Shown here: piece after piece, positions 10,750-22,978 of the stretch
Position numbering within the stretch: the first letter of the stretch is position 1
Layout: every line of letters starts with the position of its first letter
NCBI GenBank assembly: GCA_022605425.2
Contig: CM061255.1
Location: 124,001-188,000, forward strand
Origin: Hamiltosporidium tvaerminnensis FI-OER-3-3
Taxonomy: Eukaryota; Fungi; Microsporidia
Reading direction: 5' to 3'
DNA: 64,000 bases
The notes under the pieces: generated by a model
The model's database searches: none
Told to the model about the DNA's origin: nothing
The model's input: the letters and a program-made list of their open reading frames with translations, nothing else
Made by a program: the position numbers and the translations under genes

Positions 10750-13700
10750 ACCAGGAATTTTTGGTAGGTATTCCAGGTTTCTAATCACTTCAACTACAGA
10801 TATAATTTCGCATACGATAAATTCGAACTTTAATTCAGATAAATACCATAATATCGCCAAAATGTCAGTTTGGGTAACAACAGACTCTTCGTTTTTAAAT
10901 ATTTTTAAAATCATGGTCGAATCTATTTTTTGATCGCGAAGTCTGGGTGTGAAGATAATATGCCATATTGAGCCGGAAGGACGCAATGATGGCTGTTATA
11001 CTAGAATTTTGAAAAACCAAACCAAAATATCTACTCACTATATATTCTTTAATAGCCTAGACTGTAAAGAAATCAAATAACATATTTTTGAAACCTTTAA
11101 ATGTAAATAGAATGCAATAAAATTGCATTCATCTAAAATATCAAAAAAGTTTAAATCCAAAAAAAATTATCGGAAAGAATCGAGAAAGGGTTAGAAAAAG
11201 CCAAATTTGGATTAAATGAAACACTACCGACTTGAATATAACTCACCGTTTGTATTATACTTCTTTCAAAATATATTTAGATTTTTGTTCGGGAAAAAAT
11301 TGTAAGAATATCTTTATGTTTTTATTACAAACATTATAATTTTTAAAAGATTTGTAACAATAAATACCTTTCAATCATATGAGTATATGCATATATAAAT
11401 TAAATCTATTATAAATTAAAAAGCAAAGAAATTTTATTGTTTAAATCTGCCGCTGATGAATCGACTCCATAGTAGCAAATATATTTATTTTAAAAAATAT
11501 CAAATATTTTGAAAACAGTGGCACGTGTTATATTGTTTTCATGAAATTAACGCAATTCTAGGTTTATCATAAGAAAGTACAACTCAGCACTCCATAGGCC
11601 CCCCTGCCATACCTACGTCCTGAAGCCCTTCATCTATCAGGTTTGTAAATTATTTAATGAGTGAGCCAATTAACTGGTGTTTGTTAATTTCTGTTGCATG
11701 GAGTGTAATCGCAGGTCGAAACCTAACTTAATCCTTTGTAGAATATGCAGCATTCCCAATTACTTTACACATTCCGAACTTAATTAACTACTAGCTAAGA
11801 TATATCTCGTAAATTAACATGCTGCTTGTTTAGCCGCTAATACTATACCTCATTTATAATTTCTACTTGGATTTAAAAGACTTTGTTTTTATATCTCTTA
11901 GCATCTAAGTGCTCTAACTAGAATAAGAGAAATTAGGCTTACATGTTTCTAAATAACAATTAGTTAAAGGTTTGGCAAGAGCGGCAATGCAATTTCGTAA
12001 AAAACTCAAATTATACCCGAGAAAAATTACAGCCATTAAGTATACTTCCTCCTTCAAACAACCTCCTATAGACTTCAAAAGCATGGTTTATTTTTATTCA
12101 CATTGAAAGTTCAAAACATATCTCAAACATATATTTCACTTTCTCATTGTCAAGCAAATGGTATTTTATGTGGTTATTTACAGTTCACTCCTTATCCTTA
12201 ATAGTTCTAGTAGTTATCTTTTTTACGGGTGATACTATAGATAATTATGATATTCAAATATTTTTTTACTAAAAATAAACTTAAAAGAATAATTTCAAAC
12301 TGAGATAAATATTAAACTTTTCTTAACATCGAGTCAGTTACACGATGTTTTAGATTTTCAAACCAAAAAATTTAAACCGTAGGATTTAGCGATAAATGAA
12401 GCGGTAATATTTTAGGGTGCAAAGATTGTAATCTTCAAATAATTTTAGACAATAGTATTCTTAAGGTCATTTCAGATTATTGGTGATATATATAATGCGC
12501 AAATTCAATAGGCGATCTGCATAAATTTTTATTCCCATTTATTTTATACAGAAATAAAAAGATATTATACTAAATAAAAGAATGCAATCTATAGGTACAT
12601 CTAACAAAAAAAACACGTTCATTTACAACATTTTGTCAAATCAAAAGGTTTTTTTATCGAAGCAGCCTACACTTTGGTTGGAATTTTGATTTTTATAGCT
12701 TTTTTTACAGCACCGGTATTGAGCAATTTACATTTAAGCCGCATATAGATTATAATCTTGGCTCTAATATCTATTTAACATTCTGTCGTAGCCTCTCTCG
12801 AGGCACCCAGATAAAATGTATCTTTGATAAAGGCAGGCTCTATCATTCGAATTAAAGGTTTTTTTAACATGTCTAACAAAATAGTTGTTTTGATCAACGA
12901 AATATTTATTAAATTTAATATTCCAATTCTTCGTTTTCCTTTCTTCCACCATTAAGGTTTTAATAAAATAAAATTTTATATTTTATAAGGGAATTCAATA
13001 ACTTGTAATTGTGTAGTAGAATACTACACATTCTTTTGGCGAATCTACAGAAGAGAAATTTCATCTGCTGAAATAAACTTTCTATTACATACTGTAAATT
13101 AGTTCTAGTTTGAGGGTGGATAAATAATTTCATGATTTGTGCATAATTGTAATAGATTTGATATGTGATTCCAAGAACAAATCGCATGATATTTGCCCAA
13201 TTTCAATCTCTACCAATATCTGAGACTAAAAGTGGTACCATTTTATTTTTCTTAAAGACATGTTAGTTGTAATCCTAACTTATAAGCATTTTCTGCTTAT
13301 ATTTTTTGTTAATGTTCCCTGTTTTTAGCTTACCAGATTTTTTTTCGAATCGAACTTTACTGAGGAATCATACTCTTCTGCTATTCGTTATTCGCGACCT
13401 GTTACTTTTGCTATCAAAAGATTCTAATAGATTCATTTTTAACTATTGATACAGAAATAAAAACTCGGCTTAAATAGCGAAGTTAACGCTTGAGACAACC
13501 CGACAAGAAAGAATTCTTTATTCTATTGACTAATTATGCTACTGGGTGTTTATAGACTACCTTTTTCTGTAGTTATAAATTATTTCCATCCTTTATATTA
13601 CTTAATGTTATCTTTGCAACATATATAATGCAGAAATTTTGTTGTAAAAAAATATTTTAGGGCATCCTTGAACTTTGTTCCATGTATGGCTTCATAGAAA

Positions 13701-14760
13701 ATAAATTTATGCCAATATAATCACTTTGATGCCCAAACCCAAACAAAGATGGCTTTTTTGTCGATTTTTTGCTGTAGATGTCTATCAGGCACAAGCAAGG
13801 CATAGTGTTCATATCTTGTTTCGCAAGTTTTCTTGAACCTAGAATTTATAAGTGTCTAGACATCTCATCTACAATATTTTACTTGTGCCATATTTGTCAG
13901 AGTTATATGATGGTGGTTTGTGTATGTATAGCGATTATATCTTTTCAAAATAGTGAACATTCAAATGGTAAAAATATTAAAGTACATATGCTTCTTTTTC
14001 CTAACCTTGATTTTTAAACGATCGAAATTTGATAAATTTACTAAAATAATCTAGGTATGCTAATATGAATTTTATTAATTATCAGGTATTGACAGCCTGA
14101 CGATTTCTCAACTATGCATCTTTAATTCTTGAGACTACTTACCATCGGTCATATATTCCATTTTCTTTGATATACCGCGTTATTTCGATCGTTATCATAA
14201 ATTTGGATGTCTTACTATCAGTATTCTTAAATATTATATAGTTTGAATTGTTTTTTTCCATACGGTTTCGACTAACATGCCCATTTGCAACAAATGAATC
14301 ATCTAAATTCAGAAATATCTCTTCCCATCCAAATTAAACCCGATATGGACCTTACTTCCTCTAAAGATATGTGTCTTTTCCTTCTCGCAAATAGATATTG
14401 CGTTAAACCCGAGTAAATGCTGATATATGGGTTTTTTCCTACTAATTTTCCTTTAGATGCTTTAAAATTTTCTATTTGATCCAGGTTGTTGATTTGTTAC
14501 AGCCAATGTACCCTGACCTTTCGATAAACCAAATACCTATATTTTTGTAACGATTAATTCTTCATATCACTTGCATCTGTTATCCTCGGGTCTATATAGT
14601 ATTCTGTTAGAAAAATACTAACATTTTATGTCGTTTTATGACGAACCCTCTTATATCAGCTTCTACTGAGTTTCATCTCAGCCAAAAGTAAAATCAGACA
14701 GGAACACATCTGGTGGATCAGATAGGTTTGGAAAAAAATTCGTAGGTTTTCTTTTTTGTG
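10750..14760 (-). mobile_element. Heavily decayed LINE (probably APE endonuclease plus RT), interrupted by the 730-nt element at 11483-12188
   Basis: Degenerate motifs in the expected order on the minus strand: APE-like IFLTE...GQGTLAV (~14500-14620), KMVPL...YHAICSWNHISNLLQ (NYRPISLL-like, ~13150-13250), VKKTFNSNDR (DxxKAFDS-like, ~12840-12870), YAD (12515-12523), YG-like (~11470) and SIWHIIF (C-terminal zinc-knuckle-like, ~10950-10975). Many stops and frameshifts. Confidence 0.55.
11483..12188 (-). mobile_element. 730-nt structured non-coding repeat, diverged full-length copy
   Basis: The reverse complement aligns end to end with 45895-46626 (ATAACCACATAAAA..GCTTGACAATGAG head; AAACCTAGAATTGCGTTAAT..TATAACACGTGCCACTGTTTT tail). 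Confidence 0.85.
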
Positions 14761-16382
14761 GGTAATGAAAAGATTTGAATAAATGAAACTTTAAATTTAA
14801 AAACTTTTAAAATAAAAGTATAAAAAAAATTCTGAAAAGAACGAATTCAAAAGAATCGGAAAAATAAATTGGGAAAAAGTGCTTAAAAAACTTTTAAGTT
14901 GATGGATTTTATTTAGTTTTTGTTTCTTTATATAAGTACTGCCTATTGGTTTTTTCTAATTTTCCTTTATATACGCACTCTTTATAATTAAATCTAAAAA
15001 TCTAGTAAAATGAAAATTTAAATAATAAAGAAAATATGGTTTATTAGATAAATATACTTTAAATAACAGATTTTACAAAAATTTACTTTTTTTTAATAAT
15101 TTTAGTAACAGGCTTTTGTCTTTATACGTGCAATTTAGCGGGTAAATGCAACAAAGCACAACGAAGGGATAAAATAAAATAACAACAAAATTTTCTAAAT
15201 TCTTAGTAAGAAATTTTTCAAAAACCGAGTATATAGAATATAAGAATTTAATTGAAAAGATGGGAATTTAATTTTACTTCAAATATAAAGGCATTAGCAT
15301 AAGTTCGAGGGGATGATGTTGTATTATATCTTTTTTTATTTTTTGACGGGGAAATAGAATAAACTATGTCTTTTCAGAAGAAAAAACCCAAAAAAATGTA
15401 AGTTCGTTGATAGGTAAAATGGTCAAGAGACGGGTCGATAATAATGCCAAACTAAGCGGCAAAAATCACATCAGAAGCATTATCTTGTTAAATCCTGTCA
15501 ATTTTTAAAGTAACCAGAGAAATTGCAGCATAATTTATTGTGATCTGGTAGTATAAAAATTATTTTAAAATGTTTTAAATTACTTAACTTTCAAATTCAA
15601 TTTTTAGAAGAAAGGCTATTATCCAGAATAAATAAATTGATTGCAACAACATTGAAATAGTATGAATCTAGATTTAGAAACTTAAGCTTCGAATAAGAAT
15701 GTAAACAATCATATTTCTTAGCTAATATTAAAAAGGCGGTTCTAAACCATGTATTTTTATAGGCAATTTAAGTAATATCAAAGTCAAATTTGTATACAGG
15801 TTGCAAAAAGGAGGCATGGAAGGGATATAGGAAGCGGAAACCACGATTTGTTTATAAAATATCCAAAACATATGCACATAGAGTAAGAATTTTCTATAAT
15901 TAAGGATGCAAGTTTTGGCTTTCAAATTATGATTTAACGAGTCATAAAAACACTTTGATTTTTAATTTCGAAGAAGAATAGACTAAAACGCCAAATATAA
16001 ATCAATTCGAAGTAAAACGGATTAAATAAACAAACCCAGTGCAAAATTACTTTGGTTTGAAGAAGTAAAATAAAAACCAAAAATTATTTACTGATAAGAA
16101 AAGCGTTCTATTAAACTACAAATTCTATTGAGAAATATAATATTGCTAATATTGGTGAATTTTTTCGATTAAAATTAGGACAAATATGAAAATGTTTGGG
16201 TGGAAATATTTATAATCAATGATTTTGTTAAAAATATAACACAAATTAATTCAATTACAGAAAGTTTATACATTTATTGGTTTTCAATTTCGAGTTTATA
16301 TGCTTAGGCAATTGGTATTATAGTTAAAAAGATAAACATAAAAGATTAAATTCAATATATCAAAAGAAACTTTAATCTTTGT

Positions 16383-18368
16383 TCAATCTGGATAGATTTC
16401 CAAGATTTTAAATATGGCCTTTAATCTTTTGTTGCAATCTTTAGTTGATTTTTGGATATATTTTTGAGAATAAAACTCATTATTCAATCCAACCTTTATA
16501 AAATGATTTAACATAACACAAATGTCTTGTGCTACATCGATTAATTCCTTTAAGTCTAAACGTTCTAAAAATATCTTTTTGTTTTTATGCTTTTGAACAA
16601 TAAGATCGATATGTTTTAATTCGTTTTTGACAAGACTTTCTTTATCACGCAGAATAACTAAACCACAAAACTCATTTTCAAATAACTCAATATAAGAATC
16701 AATCATATTTTCATACACAAGTCTGAAATTAAGTCGAATTTTACTGTCGACTTTATGAGGGTTTTTATAAAGTGTTATAAGCAAATTGTTAATTAAATAC
16801 ACGGAATCGAATTTCTTAGGCTTAGAAATTCCTAAGTTTTTTAATTGTGAAATGAAAAATATTATTATTTTTGGATTCATTTGGAAAATACAATCTGAAA
16901 TTACTCTGCTTAAATATATATATCCACCCTGGGATATATGAATATCTTTATTTCTATAGATAACATTGATAAATATGAAATCAAGCATGTAAATGTAATT
17001 TTCAGGAATTTTAGTCATCCGGAAAATTTTTCTTGCTATTTTGTCATAAACCATGTATAGTCTTTTTAGAACAAGAAATGCATTTTTATCTCCATTATAC
17101 ATATCGAAATCTTTATGTTCTTTGGAAAGGACTTCACCAATAATGTTTTTATCGCACACTATTTTATTTGGTTGGACATTACAAAGTGATTCAGCGGTTT
17201 TAAGAAGTAGAATCCAAAGGCATGAATTTTTAACTAAATTTATGTCTTCTTTAATTATACTTTTTATAAAATATTTTAAATTTACGATATTTTTAGCATA
17301 TGATAGTAACGGGGAACATGGTTTACAAAAATCATACCTCTCTACCGATTCTTTTAGTTTTTCAGCCAGATATTTTATCATTGCATCGGAATCAATTTGT
17401 GACCAGAAACCATTTTCATTGGCTGCTATATGATCAATTAATTCGAAAAAGAGAGCATTATCGGCTTTTAAAACATATCCGTCTATTGAAAAATCACCCT
17501 CGATAAAGAATTGAATATCTGAAAATCCTATATATTCTGTTACTAAATTTTCTAATACTGCATAATTTTTACCATGGGTATCGATTATTTTACTGAACTT
17601 TTTTATTTTGGAAAGATATAGTTCCATGGTAGAGCACGAATCATGCTTTTCTATCTTTAATCCGTTTTTATCTCGGAATTCTGTGCAATTATATGATTCT
17701 ACGTAGTCTTCATCTTTAATATTTGAGTTCTCGTAAATTGGATTGCAAAATTTTGATTTCTGTTCTGTATTATGAAGGCCATTCTCGATGTAGATATCAG
17801 ATCTCTCAGTATGATATCGTTCGTCTAGATTTCTAGGATTATATGACTCATATCTTTCATTTAGTTCGTCTTTTAGTTTGTAATCGAAAGAATTATCTCT
17901 CGATGCGCGAAAACGCATCTCTTCAAAATCTGAACCAGGGTTTCTATGTTTCTTCTCTTCCCTATAATATGGAAGATATCGATTTCTTTGTTTTCTCCTC
18001 GAAGATTCTTCATACTCAAAAGTTTCCTCAAATCTAAAATGTGTTCTAGATGTTTTGTACGTATGTTCACCATATGGTGGAAAAAATAGTTGTTGAGGGC
18101 GGTACTCATGCCTATTTGCATACATATATTGATCATCGAAACTTTCATTTCTTAGGTGTGAGGTAGTATGAGTTTCTCGGGTCGGGCTTCTAAATAATAT
18201 GCTTAACGATATTTCTTTAGGCTCTTGCAAGCTTTGATAGCCTTGGGTGTTTTCATACCAATAATCTTCTTCTCCATCGATATAAGCCCGTGGTTTTCTA
18301 TAAATATCATACCTTGAAGAATATACATATTTTATTAAAAAAGTAATATAATATATATTTCTTACCAT
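16383..18368 (-). CDS. Hypothetical secreted protein (661 aa), candidate host-exposed effector
   Basis: Intact ORF with CCCC 2 nt upstream of the ATG, signal-peptide-like MVRNIYYITFLIKYVYS, a charged N-terminal third containing basic RRKQRNR/KKHR, and a helical C-terminal region. Confidence 0.85.
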   Translation of the reverse strand: MVRNIYYITFLIKYVYSSRYDIYRKPRAYIDGEEDYWYENTQGYQSLQEPKEISLSILFRSPTRETHTTSHLRNESFDDQYMYANRHEYRPQQLFFPPYGEHTYKTSRTHFRFEETFEYEESSRRKQRNRYLPYYREEKKHRNPGSDFEEMRFRASRDNSFDYKLKDELNERYESYNPRNLDERYHTERSDIYIENGLHNTEQKSKFCNPIYENSNIKDEDYVESYNCTEFRDKNGLKIEKHDSCSTMELYLSKIKKFSKIIDTHGKNYAVLENLVTEYIGFSDIQFFIEGDFSIDGYVLKADNALFFELIDHIAANENGFWSQIDSDAMIKYLAEKLKESVERYDFCKPCSPLLSYAKNIVNLKYFIKSIIKEDINLVKNSCLWILLLKTAESLCNVQPNKIVCDKNIIGEVLSKEHKDFDMYNGDKNAFLVLKRLYMVYDKIARKIFRMTKIPENYIYMLDFIFINVIYRNKDIHISQGGYIYLSRVISDCIFQMNPKIIIFFISQLKNLGISKPKKFDSVYLINNLLITLYKNPHKVDSKIRLNFRLVYENMIDSYIELFENEFCGLVILRDKESLVKNELKHIDLIVQKHKNKKIFLERLDLKELIDVAQDICVMLNHFIKVGLNNEFYSQKYIQKSTKDCNKRLKAIFKILEIYPD

Positions 18369-18964
18369 TTGGGGCTAAGGTGTTTCAGTTGTATTAAATA
18401 AATGAAAATTAAATAATTTGCAACCATAGAAAAAAATTTATAATCGCAAAGTATTTTATCAATTTTATTTTTCTAGATTAAATATTATTTGGAATGTAAA
18501 AATATATCACTTCGAAGATTATATATTTCATTTTTGAAAAATTGACTGTTTTATATAAATGTAAAATTTTTTTCCTCTAAATATGTTGACTCACCGAGAT
18601 TATGATTTGAGGTTTTTATATTTAAATTTTTTAATAGAACATTCTCTTTAATTAAATCTAATACTAAAACAGAAATCATCTTTAATTTTTAAATAATTTG
18701 AAATTGTTTTTACAAAATATTAAGATCAGTTACCTTCGAAAAATCAAACATATAGAACATCGTATATCGATAAGGAATAATTATTATTTGAAACGTGCTT
18801 TATATTTTATCAATCAAAGTCTTAGATATTTTTGAATAACAATGTTAATATATGGTTATGTTTATTGATAAAATAGTTTATACAGATCCGTGGCTTTAAA
18901 GCTAGTACACGTAGCATCATTGTATTGCTTCTGAAAATTTTATAATAAAAATATTCTCATGTAT

Positions 18965-19195
18965 TCATTCATTCATCCTTGGCACTACAGCTCTGTGCGA
19001 GCCTTGGCCTCCCCTAGTAATACCGCCAACCGGTCTTTTCCCAGTGGATTTGTTTACTTATCGGGTTTCGTAACAAGGTAGTTTTAAAGTGTGGTTGTTA
19101 GCCCTACCCCAACATGGAAGATCAGTCTCTTTTAGTCACCTCTTACGACAAGCAGAGAATACACCAAGCCAATTCTGCTCTTGACATGGTGGGGG
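18965..19195 (-). mobile_element. Non-autonomous bipartite RTE-derived retroposon (5' UTR fused to 3' tail)
   Basis: The minus strand reads ...CTCTGCTTGTCGTAAGAGGTGACTAA...GGGCTAACAACC... (RTE 5'UTR-like), then GGAGGCCAAGGCTCGCACAGAGCTGTAGTGCC(ATGA)n (RTE 3' end with microsatellite tail). Degenerate TSD ATTCTCATGTAT (18953-18964) / ATTTTCATATAT (19196-19207). Confidence 0.75.
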
Positions 19196-20149
19196 ATTTT
19201 CATATATAGTCATAAAAAATTTCAAATGATGATGGTCTTAACTCCATCTCGCATCTTTCATATATATGGAGGAATGATATATATTATAGATTGTATTCTT
19301 ATCGATACGCCGAGGAAATTCTCTTCAAAATTTTTGACTATATCTTCGCTAAAATGCCGCCCTAAGCTAACTAATTTTAGAAAATACCCCATCTAGTTAC
19401 TTTTCTTTTCGAATTTTTTATTTAATTTTGTCACACCTGTTTTGGAAGTAAATTATAACATACCACCTCTAACATCCTATTTCACCATTTAGGAATTGAA
19501 TTTATTGACTATTTGAATTAAGAATTAAGCTAAAAGATTGTTGATTGCGATCAATAAAACTCTTCTTCTGATCCCCAAAAAACTTTTGCATTTTCTTATG
19601 TATTTTCTATATGGCAAACCGTCTTTTATTTCACAGTGAATCTCACAAGTAGTTGAAAATGAGAGCCTGATTTTTCTAATTTAATTCCAATCGATTTAAA
19701 TTATATAGCAGCAATCGTATTTTCTAAAAAGGATTCGCTAGAACGCTCTCCAAACCTTTATACTTCCAAGGTCAAAATTTCATATAAAAAAAATTAAATA
19801 TCAAATTGCAAGGAAAGTAAAATAAAATTTATTGGGCTTTTTAAACATTTAAATAGTTCTTTTATCCCTTTAATCGCCTTTTATTAGACCATGGTGTTCG
19901 TTAAGATGGTTATTTTTAAACCCCAAATACATATGAAAAACGTTTAAAGAAAGTATATTTCGTCTTATTCAATTCAAGATCTTTTTTTTTCAAACCATTA
20001 TTATAAATGAAATATTCATCTTATGTCATTTGAATTTTCGTTTTATATAATTTTATAACCCATTGCTACCTATGCTGAAGCTTTTCTATAGTTTTCAATG
20101 TTATTGGTTATTCTGGAAATTGCAAAGCTGATTATTCATTTGACTTGTT

Positions 20150-20620
20150 ATTCAAATCAATTGAAAATTCTAAAATTGCATACTTTATTCTAATTTTTTA
20201 TTAGTAATATCCGAAACCGAACTCCATTCAAACGAGAACATCATTTTACTCGAGTTGAAGTAGGCTATTATGCACCCGAAAGTAGATACCAAAGGTTTTG
20301 GTCAATGATTAATATTGTTTGTATCCATATGATAGTTCGAATTTTTTCGTATCATACAAGCATCAATCATGTTCCTTGATATGTTTCTCTAGTGTTTTGT
20401 CTGATGATTACCGGCTATATATTTATAGTGTAACTTGCACGCTTCACTTAACCTGCGCTTTTTTCGTGTGTTTTTTCTATTTATAATAAAATACTTGAGT
20501 AGTCCAGAGTGTTTCAGCAACAATTTTTATATTTAGAGACGTTATCAAATCGTATGAGCACAGGAACACCGAACCTATCAAATAGAAATTTAAAATATTT
20601 TTTTGATTATGAAGTCTGGT
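20150..20620 (-). pseudogene. Remnant of a retroviral-type (rve) integrase, Ginger/Gypsy-like
   Basis: FDRFGVPVLIRFDNVSKY (FGxPxxIxSDNG-like, ~20530-20583) followed by VKRASYTI (VERxNxTI-like, ~20425-20447); disrupted. Confidence 0.45.
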
Positions 20621-20941
20621 TAATCGTCTTTGATTGAGACCTACTTTTTGTGTGCGTAACTAAGATTAAGGTTCTAATAATATTGGTTGTTTTTTTTCAA
20701 GTACACACCCCCCCCCAAAAAAAGAAAGCTAAATTTCATCACAAAGAGATCATATTTTGCTAGTAGTTTGATTTGTGCCAGCTGGAGAAAAAAGTGAATC
20801 ACCTATGCTTTAGTTTGAATTATTTTACCTGCTTATGTCTCTATAAGAATGCTTCAGCTTTTTTCCGCAATTTAAAGTTTTTTGCCATACATCGATATGT
20901 ATGGCATTATGCCTATTTTGTTTCGTCAATAGTCTTATTCA

Positions 20942-21148
20942 GTGGTGAGGATATCGGAATTTAAGTCCGAAGGGCCGGGTTCGATCCCCAGTTGGTGACC
21001 TCTTTACCTTTCGTTCAGAAAATTTGCGTGAGGCTCACAGCCTAACCATTCAAAAGAAAATTGTCTTTGGAACGGTTATAACTTGGTGAAGCTATGATTC
21101 ATCGTTAGATTGTGTTCTATCCGTAGGGAAAGGAGCGGGCTTCTAAAT
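20942..21148 (+). mobile_element. tRNA-derived SINE, 5'-truncated, with 14-bp TSD
   Basis: Partial A box (AGTGGTGAGG), anticodon-arm hairpin TCGGA-ATTTAAG-TCCGA (20954-20970), B box GGTTCGATCCC (20978-20988) and a ~150-nt non-tRNA body. Perfect direct repeat AATAGTCTTATTCA at 20928-20941 and 21149-21162. Confidence 0.75.
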
Positions 21149-22978
21149 AATAGTCTTATTCAAGATGGTCTCTGATCTGAAAACTGCTCATCAAAATTAC
21201 TGCGTAATTTGAAGCAAATATCATATATGAGCAAATTAAAATGTCTCGTTTACTGTTCATAATTCTCTTTTCTTCTTAACACTTTTTATTCCGTGTGTTA
21301 TTTTTGTTTAAATGTGGTTTTAAAGCCTCCTTTTCATTTCTGTTTGGACAGCTTACAAGTTTTGGAATTGTGTTCAACTCACCTTCATTCCCATGTCTAA
21401 TATGAAAATTTAAAGGAAACGAAAAGCCTGAATAGAAAGCCTTGATTACTCGACATGGCATAATCTCGTCCAGTGTTAGAGCTGTGATTAAAAATGCAAT
21501 TTGCCTTGCAAACATAAGAAGCAAAAAAAATCTACAAAATACAGAAGCAGAAAGCAAAAAGAAATTATTTGATATTATCTTCATATTTAACACATCTTTA
21601 TACCGTTTTAATGCGGTTAAATGTGTAATTGAATGGATAGGGAATAACCAGTGAGAAGTTGAAGTTGAAAACATACAGGAACGACTAGAAATAAATAGGA
21701 TACATGTGTACGTATGTGATTCAAAGAGATTCATAACCTATTAAAGGGCATAAAAATATTGAAGTTTATGGTAAAAACGAGGCTCTGTGTCACAAAGAAA
21801 AATGGAGGCTATAAAACCGTGACACTAATATTGAAACAGCGAATTATTTTTCGCTTTGATTAATAAACTCGGTATATCGCTACCAAACAATAAACCCGAA
21901 AGCTTTCTGGTTCAATGCCCATTTTGCATTCAAAATCTTATATCCGTGAATAATACCAAATAAAACCTGTAAATATTATAAGTGATAAGCGAAATGGCTG
22001 CCTTTTCTTTCTTTTCTCTTATCATTTAAAATTTCTGGAAATGAAAATAAAGGAGCCTTTAGTTATACTAGGAATAATCAAGGGCTTGTATATCTGTTGA
22101 AAGCTTACTGTAAATGTATCTAATTACAAAAATTTAATTAGTTCATGAGCTTTCGCCAGAAGAATCAAAATAAAAAATGTGATTATTTTCGGTGTCATAC
22201 GGAGAGAAAAATATCATGGTTGCTCGCTCCTTAGAATATTCTGTAGTAAACCTTCAAGTTCAATTATTTTATGTATTAGGCGCCTTAAATACGTCAAGGA
22301 ATAATTATTTAGAGATTTTTAAGATTTGATTCAGGATTTAGATTCAGTTGTTTAATTCGTTTCTAATAAAAAAAATAAAATAAATTCATTCAGATGTTTG
22401 ATTAAGTGTTATTATCTACTTCTCTTTGGTTGGTTGCACACCTTTGACCACAATATAGCCTTGTGTTGAATCTGGCTCGATTTTTTATTTTTATCGGATT
22501 TTCATCTCTCTTTGTATCATCTAAGACATTTTTTTATAAATTTCGCCTTTGTTTATCTAAAAATTCTCATTAATTCCTGAATATATTAACAAATATGAAT
22601 TAAACATGCTAGTTGAGTCAAATGATTGGTATAAAGGATTCAGGTTTAAATATTTATGTTTATAATATTACACAAAGTATAATCTTAAATATTTTAATGT
22701 ATGAGAAATATATTTTTGTTAAATAGAGTATTTCAGTTATTTTTATTTGCTTTATTTTATCGAACTTTCCTTTTATATTTGATCAGTAAATAATTATGTA
22801 AAATTTATATCAAGTTTAACATTATATAGAAATATTTTTTAAAAATAAAATACAGTTTATTCACAAATTATCTCATTTTATAAAAATTTATTTTTTTCAT
22901 TCATTTAATCGAATCACATTGAATTAAAACATAAAATAATTTGGAGTAACATATTGAGCAAGAAATTTGGATTTTTCA

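Noticed and set aside
17053-18148. Small ORFs overlapping large genes (also 41080-41343, 50110-50337, 51962-52929, 59364-59552)
   Set aside because: Antisense or alternative-frame shadows without independent evidence.
18340-18365. Possible intron immediately after the ATG (ATG GTAAG)
   Set aside because: The donor is GTAAGA rather than GTAAGT, no clear branch point is visible, and the unspliced frame gives an intact signal peptide.
20923-20998. Functional ochre-suppressor tRNA or altered genetic code
   Set aside because: The 5' part lies in the TSD and flank, the D arm and anticodon loop are aberrant, and TAA is used normally as a stop in enolase, AOX, CorA and P1.
21276-22300. 152-aa ORF and upstream hydrophobic fragments as a membrane-protein gene
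   Set aside because: No recognisable motif or promoter signal. It may be a decayed gene but cannot be supported.
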